IMG/VR virus record: IMGVR_UViG_2558860994_000004
Coordinates: 16,767-80,766 of that record
Length of the DNA: 64,000 bases
Strand: one strand, 5' to 3'
Source: a virus
Lineage: Duplodnaviria; Caudoviricetes
The translations under genes and the position numbers were made by a program. Under the pieces are notes generated by a model. It had not been told where the DNA came from. It did not search any database and saw only the letters and a program-made list of their open reading frames with translations. Shown in pieces: positions 56,951-64,000 of this stretch. Position 1 is the first letter of the stretch. Every line of letters begins with the position of its first letter.

Positions 56951-57313
56951 ATGCCAAGATCAGTTGATATAGCAATTAAAGTACTTTGGGCTTCATTAGT
57001 CATTAATGCGTTGTTGAGTTTACTCGGTAAAGTTATTGGAGTGGATTCACTAGGTAGTTTCATAGGTGCCCTTATCGTAACCGGCTTGTATTGTATTATT
57101 CCTTATAAACTTGCCAATAGAAGCAATGCAGCACGTTATGTCTATCTCATCCTGACCATTATCTCAGTACTAATAATGATAGCAGCAGGCAATGAAATAC
57201 CTATGTCAAATATAGATAAACTTAATGTTTATATCACTTTACCTATGAATATTTATACTTTGTATCTCCTGTTTTTCAATGATGAAGCAAAATACTGGTT
57301 CAAGAGCAACTAA
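56951..57313 (+). CDS. Four-TM membrane protein
   Basis: Four hydrophobic segments. Confidence 0.7.
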   Translation: MPRSVDIAIKVLWASLVINALLSLLGKVIGVDSLGSFIGALIVTGLYCIIPYKLANRSNAARYVYLILTIISVLIMIAAGNEIPMSNIDKLNVYITLPMNIYTLYLLFFNDEAKYWFKSN

Positions 57314-57321
57314 GATAACAA

Positions 57322-57549
57322 ATGCGCCTAACCACACTTATTTTAGTTATTTTTGGCTTCTTCCTGCTCATGCTGGTTCCCGCATTAATCATTGATTATC
57401 TACCCTGGGAAGCAGGCTATAAAGTGAGTACTCCAGAGTATGCTGGTCATGCTTATGCCCGGCAGTTGGCGTCAGTGAAGGAATGCACTATTGATCCCGA
57501 TGTGGCCCATGATGAAAGGTTTCAGCAGGGGTGTAGGGCGTTTTTTTAA
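57322..57549 (+). CDS. Small membrane protein
   Basis: N-terminal TM; C..F.QGC tail. Confidence 0.55.
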   Translation: MRLTTLILVIFGFFLLMLVPALIIDYLPWEAGYKVSTPEYAGHAYARQLASVKECTIDPDVAHDERFQQGCRAFF

Positions 57550-57557
57550 TGAAAATA

Positions 57558-57577
57558 ATGGTTCAATATTAAACCAT
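57558..57577. promoter_or_regulatory. Palindromic operator upstream of Arc-like gene
   Basis: ATGGTTCAATATTAAACCAT, 20 bp with one mismatched pair. Confidence 0.55.
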
Positions 57578-57649
57578 AAATTAAACTATTGCGGTTCAAA
57601 TAGTGGTCTGATATAGTTTCTTAACTTAATCTATTAAAAGCACACAGTT

Positions 57650-58087
57650 ATGAATGAAGACGCACAACTTAAGTTAAGGTTAACTCAGGAGTTAAAAGAT
57701 TTTATCGAGTCTGAAGCTAAGGCTAACCATCGTACTATCAATGGCGAGGTAGTCTTTAGACTTGAGCAATCTAGAGCTATAAATAAAACCAGCCAGGCTG
57801 ACGTTCGTGTCATAGATTTAAAAAATGGAAAAAGACGCTTAATTTATGGAAAGTTTATTAAGATGCTTGATGTGGATTTTTGTCAGAGCTTAGAAGGCTT
57901 AAAAAAGGATATTGAATTAGCTTTGGATGCATTGAGATATTCCTCATTCTCGCAAAGATTGGCATTTTTCAATAAAGAGGTAATTGTCTACAAGGGTAAT
58001 AATCACATTGATATAGTGGACAACGGCGAGGGTAGCCTTGGTTGGTTAAGAGTCGAAGATCATTATTCTATTGATGATGAAGATTGA
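57650..58087 (+). CDS. Arc-family (ribbon-helix-helix) DNA-binding protein with C-terminal domain
   Basis: QLKLRLTQELKDFIESEAKANHRTINGEVVFRLEQS. Confidence 0.85.
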   Translation: MNEDAQLKLRLTQELKDFIESEAKANHRTINGEVVFRLEQSRAINKTSQADVRVIDLKNGKRRLIYGKFIKMLDVDFCQSLEGLKKDIELALDALRYSSFSQRLAFFNKEVIVYKGNNHIDIVDNGEGSLGWLRVEDHYSIDDED

Positions 58088-58155
58088 ATTTAAATATCTA
58101 TCTCTCAATTAGCATGACATGCAGCAGCTTGTCGTGATAATAAGTGAGGAGCAAT

Positions 58156-58185
58156 AAAAAACCGCCTAAAGGCGGTTAATTTTTT
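58156..58185. terminator. Bidirectional terminator
   Basis: AAAAAACCGCC-taaa-GGCGGTT between convergent genes. Confidence 0.7.
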
Positions 58186-58973
58186 ATTGCACGTACTGAA
58201 ATAATTACAGGAAGCCCTAAGTCATATGGCATATCTTCTTGCACTATGTAATTAATTTTAGACTGGCGTATATCTCCAGATTTTCGCAAAAAAGTATTAG
58301 CAAAATTAACTGTATATTTTTCTGATGATAATTCTTTATGATGCGCAACAGCATCAAGCCTTGCTTTGTCTTTTGTATTCCATGATGCAATTATTGACCG
58401 ATCAACAATGTGGCAGACTCCTTCTGGTTTAAGCAAAGATTCACCTAATTTATAACAAACTTTGTGAACATTCTCCCGATAAGTAGCCATATCACTATTT
58501 TTAAAGTCTTCTAATTCTTTCTTAATATTTTTAGAAATTACTAACGGTTCAGCACCAATTAACCAGCATATTATTGCATCAAATCGCTGTGTTAAAGTCT
58601 TTAATTGAGGTTCAATATCAAAGATATTTGTATTAAGAAATACTATATTTGAATGTTTCAATTTCTCAGTTATTTCTTCGGGCGTTGTAGCTATATCAAA
58701 TGAGATATTTTTACTAGTCAGATATTTTGAAGCTTGATCAAGAAGTATGGCATTTACCTCTATAACAAGAATTTTACGATTCGGATTTCTTGCAAGAGCA
58801 TAAGTACTATATCCGGCTCCACAGCCTACTTCAATAATGAGTTCAGCACTACCTAATTGTTCCGTCATCCATTTGTACTGAGAGTTCTGATCAAGGAATT
58901 TAGAATCTTTAGACCAATGGTGAGCATATTCCTCAGTATTCATCGGTTTGCCAAGGTTTGGATTAATTTTCAT
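58176..58973 (-). CDS. Class I SAM-dependent methyltransferase
   Basis: IIEVGCGAGYST motif I, LVIEVN, FDAIICW. Confidence 0.8.
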   Translation of the reverse strand: MKINPNLGKPMNTEEYAHHWSKDSKFLDQNSQYKWMTEQLGSAELIIEVGCGAGYSTYALARNPNRKILVIEVNAILLDQASKYLTSKNISFDIATTPEEITEKLKHSNIVFLNTNIFDIEPQLKTLTQRFDAIICWLIGAEPLVISKNIKKELEDFKNSDMATYRENVHKVCYKLGESLLKPEGVCHIVDRSIIASWNTKDKARLDAVAHHKELSSEKYTVNFANTFLRKSGDIRQSKINYIVQEDMPYDLGLPVIISVRAIKN

Positions 58974-59119
58974 ATTAGATTTTTCTGTGAGTAAATTTAC
59001 ACAATAACATTTAAGTAAATTAAGTTAAATCAATAAATTACAAAAAAATTAAATTAGCGGTCGTAAACAAAATAAAAATTTCGTATGATTGCTTTAAATT
59101 TTATGTTAGATGATCAAAA

Positions 59120-60247
59120 ATGGATCGACAGATTATCGACTTGTTTGCTGGAGCAGGTGGTTTAAGTTTAGGGGCTGCTAGGGCCGGCTTTAATGTGAAA
59201 GCAGCTGTAGAGCTAGACAACCATGCTATTCATACCCACATTAAAAATTTCCCTAATTCGACTCATATCCAGCAAGATGTAAGTAAGCTATCAGGTGAAG
59301 ATCTACTTAGATTAGCAGGAATAAAAAAAGGTGAATTAGATGGTTTGATTGGTGGCCCTCCATGTCAAGGATTTAGTACGATTGGAAAGCAGCAAATTGA
59401 TGATAATCGAAATCAGTTATTTAATGATTTTTTTCGTCTTGTACAAGAAATAGAACCTAACTTTTTTGTTGCAGAGAACGTAACAGGAATTTTAAATACT
59501 AAATATGACTTTATTAGAGAAGAAGCTCTTAGCCTTGTTCAAGATAAATATATATTATTAGAGCCGATAAAAGTGAAGGCCAGTGAATATGGCGCTCCTA
59601 CCATTAGGACTCGGATTTTCTTTATTGGTATTCATATAAAAAGGTTTCCCAAAGAATTAAAAAAAACTGATTTTACACCTAGCAATGACTTAGAAAGTAT
59701 TAATGTTAGTCATGCTTTAATCGGATTACCTACCTTAATTCAACCCCTATGGTTGAGTGAAGAACAAGGTTGGCAATTGGTAGATAAAACCCAATTCCCT
59801 AAAAATCGCTTCTTTGACCGAATTATTAACTCTATTCCTAATAATATCGGGAATAACAAACTTATCGAAAGATATATGGAACAGGATTTTGTATCTGGTT
59901 GCCAAGGTACTAGGCATTCTAAAGAAGTTGAAGAAAGATATGCTAATCTACAATATGGCCAGCAAGATAAAATTTCAAAGTCTGTAAAGCTAAATCCTTT
60001 AGGTTTCTGTCCTACATTAAGAGCTGGGACAGGAAGTGATAAGGGAAGCTATCAAGCAGTTCGGCCAATTCATTATGAGCAGCCACGGGTAATCACGCCC
60101 AGAGAGGCTGCACGCTTACAAGGTTTTCCAGATTGGTTCGTATTTCATGAAACAAAATGGCATAGCTTCAGGCAGATTGGTAACAGTGTAAGTCCTATAG
60201 TTGCTGAAAAAATTCTTAAAGTGATTTTTGATGCTATGAATAACTAA
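59120..60247 (+). CDS. dcm: DNA (cytosine-5) methyltransferase
   Basis: DLFAGAGG, GGPPCQGFS, ENV, EYGAP..R.RIF, TPREAARLQGFPD, QIGNSV. Confidence 0.95.
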   Translation: MDRQIIDLFAGAGGLSLGAARAGFNVKAAVELDNHAIHTHIKNFPNSTHIQQDVSKLSGEDLLRLAGIKKGELDGLIGGPPCQGFSTIGKQQIDDNRNQLFNDFFRLVQEIEPNFFVAENVTGILNTKYDFIREEALSLVQDKYILLEPIKVKASEYGAPTIRTRIFFIGIHIKRFPKELKKTDFTPSNDLESINVSHALIGLPTLIQPLWLSEEQGWQLVDKTQFPKNRFFDRIINSIPNNIGNNKLIERYMEQDFVSGCQGTRHSKEVEERYANLQYGQQDKISKSVKLNPLGFCPTLRAGTGSDKGSYQAVRPIHYEQPRVITPREAARLQGFPDWFVFHETKWHSFRQIGNSVSPIVAEKILKVIFDAMNN

Positions 60248-60248
60248 G

Positions 60249-62120
60249 TTACTCATAGCACTTTAACAAAAAAGGTTGAATAGCAAGCCAAAAACTTTTA
60301 ATACTGTCTTTATCCCACATTAAGTCAGGAGAGTGAATAGTATTTTGTAGGTACCTAATGTTCCTATTAGTTCTTTCATTACGATTTTCATTACAGAGAG
60401 CATATATAGAATCAATATTACGTGTGTCTATTCCTGCCAATAGTCCATTAGTTTTCATATGATCTAAGCATTTTTTTATTTGCTCTCCTAAATTATTTTT
60501 AGTTACATCTAAAGTAGGGGCCTTAAAAGTCACATAATATTTACAGCTTAATTCTATAAAGCATCTAATTAGAAAAATAGAGGCCAAAGGGAAGCCACCA
60601 TCTGAATCTATTTTGATTCTGGATAATTCATTTAATAAGGAACAAAGTTTATTTTGATCCTCTGGAATATTAAAAGGAGTCTTACCATTGTACTCATTGA
60701 ATAAATAACTATGCTCTAATGTGTGAGAGGGCGTGGAGTAATTTTGCTCAAAAAGCATAAATTCACTATTAGTAAATTGATTAGTTTCATTATCATTTTC
60801 TAATTCATTTTGATTTTGTAAATTGCAATTAATTTCATTATCTATTGAAGTTAGTGGAGTATTATTATGCTCGATATGTTCAAAAGGGATATAATTTTCA
60901 TCCGGTAATCTAGTAGATGGTATAGAATAATCATCTAAAAGAGCACTGCTTTCTTTAGCAATTGGCTTGGTATCTGGTACTACTAAGTTTAAATTAAACT
61001 GCGGTGGAATTTCATTCACTAGTGGCTTATCTAAAGGTAATTGCTGTTCTGAATGAAAGAATTTTTTACCTCTTTTTATTTTTCCAGTATGTGTTCTCCA
61101 CTTCTCAGAAAAATCTTTCATAATCGGTAAAGCTTTTTTATAAATCTCATTATTTAAATCTAAATTCGATTTACTAGTGTTCCAAGGCAGCTTTGCACCC
61201 TCTCCGATAAAGCTTGCTATACCTATAAATCCAGTATGCTCAGTATGTGCTTTTGTGAACCAACCAGTATCTGATGACCAGTCATGCATTTTAATTGCTC
61301 GACCATTACAATATACAAACCAACCACAGTCATCGCGAGTGATGGTATTTTTTTTATCTTCTGTTTGTTCATATTGAAAAAGAAAATCTTTATGCTGACC
61401 AAGTTGAATATCAACTTTAACCCCTTCATATTCAAATGTATTTGAAAGTTTTTTAAAGCCACATTTTTTATTTATGGATGTTAAAACTTTTGGAGTGACG
61501 GTATTGTTAACTGTTATCACTAAACCTCTATTAATGAAAAAAGAATATCTTTTAGCTAATGAGTTAATAAAAGATTGTTCCCAGAGAGGATTTGAAAAAT
61601 CTGAAATTATTTCTTTATGTAGCTGTTGAACAACTATTTCTGTCCCAGTAATGCCAGTTAATTGTTTCTCTACAATAGGTAAATCCCAATAGTCATCATC
61701 ATTAATAAATTTGTTGGCATCAAAAAATAACTCAGAATTCTGTTTTAATGTTTCAGTTGAAATTTTACTAATTTTGCCTAATTTCAGGAGTGCACGATTA
61801 AGACCAATGCCGAAGAAGCCTATACTTGTGTTTAAATGCTCTGGATGTGAGCCAAATCTCAAGGCATTCTGTTTTAATGTGTTTAATTCAATTCCTTCAC
61901 CTATATCTTTAATTGAAAAAGATTTTTTATCAAAAATAATATCAATTTTGTAACCTTTATAGTTGTTGGGAAGTGCTTCGTTTTTATTTTCTTGAAAAGC
62001 ATCAATCGAGTTATCTATTAGATCAAAGATACACGCTTCAAGAGTAATATCTTTAGTAATACCATCGACTAAATATTTTTTTGTAGGACGTGTGTCTGCA
62101 ACTAAAGCTACTTTACTCAT
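60249..62120 (-). CDS. GHKL/MORC-like ATPase with C-terminal HEPN-like domain
   Basis: DLIDNSIDA, KDIGEGI, GFFGIGL ATPase motifs; S5-like middle; C-terminal LIRCFIE..RYLQNTIH. Confidence 0.75.
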   Translation of the reverse strand: MSKVALVADTRPTKKYLVDGITKDITLEACIFDLIDNSIDAFQENKNEALPNNYKGYKIDIIFDKKSFSIKDIGEGIELNTLKQNALRFGSHPEHLNTSIGFFGIGLNRALLKLGKISKISTETLKQNSELFFDANKFINDDDYWDLPIVEKQLTGITGTEIVVQQLHKEIISDFSNPLWEQSFINSLAKRYSFFINRGLVITVNNTVTPKVLTSINKKCGFKKLSNTFEYEGVKVDIQLGQHKDFLFQYEQTEDKKNTITRDDCGWFVYCNGRAIKMHDWSSDTGWFTKAHTEHTGFIGIASFIGEGAKLPWNTSKSNLDLNNEIYKKALPIMKDFSEKWRTHTGKIKRGKKFFHSEQQLPLDKPLVNEIPPQFNLNLVVPDTKPIAKESSALLDDYSIPSTRLPDENYIPFEHIEHNNTPLTSIDNEINCNLQNQNELENDNETNQFTNSEFMLFEQNYSTPSHTLEHSYLFNEYNGKTPFNIPEDQNKLCSLLNELSRIKIDSDGGFPLASIFLIRCFIELSCKYYVTFKAPTLDVTKNNLGEQIKKCLDHMKTNGLLAGIDTRNIDSIYALCNENRNERTNRNIRYLQNTIHSPDLMWDKDSIKSFWLAIQPFLLKCYE

Positions 62121-62402
62121 CTATAAATTCCTTCCTTATAAATATTTATTTATAACTATTCACTTTCCCTTAGCCACCGTATCCAGAAAATGATCCGGAT
62201 AGGTTAAATTCTTGGCCGTTAACCAATCATATGCACCCATCTGGCGTAGTTGTTCAATCAAGATATGAAGTATAGGATAAGTTAGTTATAACAAAAATAA
62301 GCAATTAAGCAAATTCGGAGAAATCCTAGCAATCTTTACCCTCCCTATCAAAATGAAAGCTGGAGGGATATATTAGTAACCTATTAAAGGCAGGGGTAGG
62401 TT

Positions 62403-62421
62403 GGGCACGTTCTCGGGCACG
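62403..62421 (+). repeat. GGGCACG direct repeat, candidate integrase arm site
   Basis: GGGCACG at 62403 and 62415 (12 nt period), about 100 nt inside the att core. Confidence 0.45.
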
Positions 62422-62512
62422 CAAGCTAAAAGTTGATAGCGATTAATAGGTGGTAAGCTTATGATTATGCTAAATATTAGTTAATATTAGCTGATAATAA
62501 AAACTAGCAATT

Positions 62513-62538
62513 AGAGTTCGAGTCTCTTCGCCCCACCA
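62513..62538 (+). repeat. att site: degenerate tRNA 3'-end (probably tRNA-Leu)
   Basis: AGAG-TTCGAGT-CTCT T-arm then TCGCCCCACCA; one base short of a full acceptor strand; no D or anticodon arm upstream. Confidence 0.75.
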
Positions 62539-62821
62539 TTTATACATAATAATATGCTGTTACACTACTTTATATCAGCTTCAAATCCTTAAGTACCAAG
62601 CCTTTCATGCCGATGTATGATTTTTCATACATTGACATAACTTCAAATGATAAGAGCATAGATTAAAAAAGAACTTTAGATCATAGCTAAATTTATTAAA
62701 TACTTAATTGAAAAAATTCACGATTCATGATTTCTAGCAAATTTGTTCAAGGATTATTTTTAACATACGAAAACTGTTTTTCTAAATCTTATATTTTTTA
62801 TATTTAAAATTAATGATTAAT

Positions 62822-62847
62822 AAAAAACGCCAGCATCTGCTAGCGTT
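62822..62847 (-). terminator. Porin terminator
   Basis: AACGCCAGCA-tc-TGCTAGCGTT with A-tract (T-tract on minus strand). Confidence 0.65.
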
Positions 62848-62863
62848 CTTAGAACATTGATAA

Positions 62864-64000
62864 TTAGAAGTTAAATTCCATGCCTACACCAGCATACATG
62901 CGGTCATCAACATTTTTACGGTCATCTGACTGCTGGGCAACATAACCATATGCACGGGTTTTGCTATTGAACATGTAATCAACCATGCCACCAATCTGGC
63001 TTAGCTTCACATCATCAATATTGCCGTTAAAGCTAGAGGTAGATTCTTGATATTGTGCTTTCACAGTCCAAGGTGTTTCGCTAATGTTATAAGCAGCGCT
63101 CACCAGAAAAGAATTCTCTTTATCAAAATTCCTGAATGCACCTGCTGCCACAGCTGGAACTGCAGGCGTGGTTGGAGTTGCTGGAACAGCTGCAATTCCC
63201 GCAGCAGTAGCAGCACTGGACAGGTTGGTAGGCTCTGCATTTTGGTATAGGGCATTTAAGGTGAGTCCAGTTACATTAGCCATTGTACCTAAATCCAGGC
63301 TACCCACAAGACGTATAATTTCAGCTTCTGCCTTGGCACCAACAACATTAAAAGTGCTCACGACGTTCTTATCACCAGCCAGTGCAGCATACACACCCAT
63401 GTCTTTGTTGTCGTAGACTAAAGATGCGGAAATTGCATCGCCTAAACTGTCACTTATATCACTACTGTTGCTGCCAGCCAGCTTGTTATTCTCGCCCTGT
63501 TGCAGCATCACATTAATACCAAAACCGTTTAGGGCTTTAGTGTCACTTTCTAGAGAAATAACGTTGTTTAGGCGGTTTTCACCAGCTAGTGTATTGGTCA
63601 TATCCAGAACATGGACATCATTAAATAAGTCAACTTTGCCTTGGGCATTTTTTAGGTGAGAGTCAATGCGTCCTACTTTAACAGTACCGATCATGTCATA
63701 TTTCAAACCCAAATAGCGGTTTCGCATTCCCAGATCAGTACCATCACCATCAGTGTTGACTTGCCATTCAGCCAAGTAAATTGCTTTTAAATTGTCGGTT
63801 AACGTTTCTTCACCCTTAATGCCAATCCGTGAAGCGTTAGAATTGATTTCCCATACATTGTCAGTATCGGCTTTGGTAGTTGCACTAAACTTGTCTACGT
63901 TATCAAGGGTAACGTGCAGTTTGCCATAAACTGTAGGGGCTGCCTGTACTGCGTTGATGGTCAGGGCAGATACCGCAGTCGCCAGTAACAGTTTTTTCAT
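62864..64000 (-). CDS. Host Gram-negative trimeric-type porin
   Basis: Signal peptide, PTVYGKLH..SNASRIGIKG, beta-strands, terminal Phe (MEFNF). Confidence 0.9.
   Translation of the reverse strand: MKKLLLATAVSALTINAVQAAPTVYGKLHVTLDNVDKFSATTKADTDNVWEINSNASRIGIKGEETLTDNLKAIYLAEWQVNTDGDGTDLGMRNRYLGLKYDMIGTVKVGRIDSHLKNAQGKVDLFNDVHVLDMTNTLAGENRLNNVISLESDTKALNGFGINVMLQQGENNKLAGSNSSDISDSLGDAISASLVYDNKDMGVYAALAGDKNVVSTFNVVGAKAEAEIIRLVGSLDLGTMANVTGLTLNALYQNAEPTNLSSAATAAGIAAVPATPTTPAVPAVAAGAFRNFDKENSFLVSAAYNISETPWTVKAQYQESTSSFNGNIDDVKLSQIGGMVDYMFNSKTRAYGYVAQQSDDRKNVDDRMYAGVGMEFNF

Larger units (their letters stand above)
1..62538. mobile_element. Integrated prophage with P1-like virion genes; left part extends beyond the window
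   Basis: Contiguous terminase, portal, capsid, protease, sheath, tube, baseplate, fibre, lysis and Dar genes; ends at a tRNA 3'-end fragment followed by a host porin; no integrase seen in the window. Confidence 0.9.

Noticed and set aside
62470-62538. Possible complete tRNA gene
   Set aside because: Only T-arm and acceptor strand present; upstream sequence cannot form D or anticodon arms; treated as att site
63140-63215. Ala/Pro/Thr repeat in the porin (AVPATPTTPAVPAVAAG)
   Set aside because: Ordinary low-complexity surface-loop insertion in a host porin
1198-63659. Many short ORFs antisense to or nested in long genes (e.g. 1198-1818, 14200-14574, 23369-23896, 52593-53120)
   Set aside because: Shadow frames of well-supported genes; no RBS, motifs or coding-like composition
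1-64000. CRISPR array or diversity-generating retroelement
   Set aside because: No regularly spaced repeats, no reverse transcriptase and no TR/VR-like repeat pair noticed by eye

Overview
About 62.5 kb of this window is the late/structural and right-hand accessory part of a large integrated prophage with a P1-like (contractile-tailed) virion gene set. It includes a tape measure with a lysozyme-like domain, prohead protease, intein-containing terminase, tail fibres, major capsid, sheath, tube, baseplate, portal, holin and SAR endolysin. It also carries a full P1-type virion-injected antirestriction set (hdf, darA, ddrA-like, ddrB-like, darB, ulx). The element ends at a degenerate tRNA 3'-end (att site, about 62513-62538), followed by a host porin whose sequence suggests a Moraxellaceae (Acinetobacter/Alkanindiges-like) host. 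Integrase, replication and repressor genes are not in the window and presumably lie to the left. Low-GC cargo includes a type II Thoeris pair, umuDC, a C5 DNA methyltransferase facing a GHKL ATPase with a HEPN-like tail, and several small membrane/lipoprotein genes. Four signals not explained by gene annotation stand out. (1) Sixteen copies of a TGGAACC box lie 35 nt (one copy 36 nt) before a -10 hexamer upstream of virion genes, a likely late-promoter regulon. (2) At 11 of them a hairpin begins directly after the -10 box and is either a terminator or occludes the RBS/start codon. (3) An FDS[I/V/L] peptide occurs 12 times and only in head-related proteins, a candidate maturation-protease site. 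(4) A membrane-anchored protein carries a Tad1-like nucleotide-sponge domain. All family assignments come from motif recognition and recall, not from database searches.
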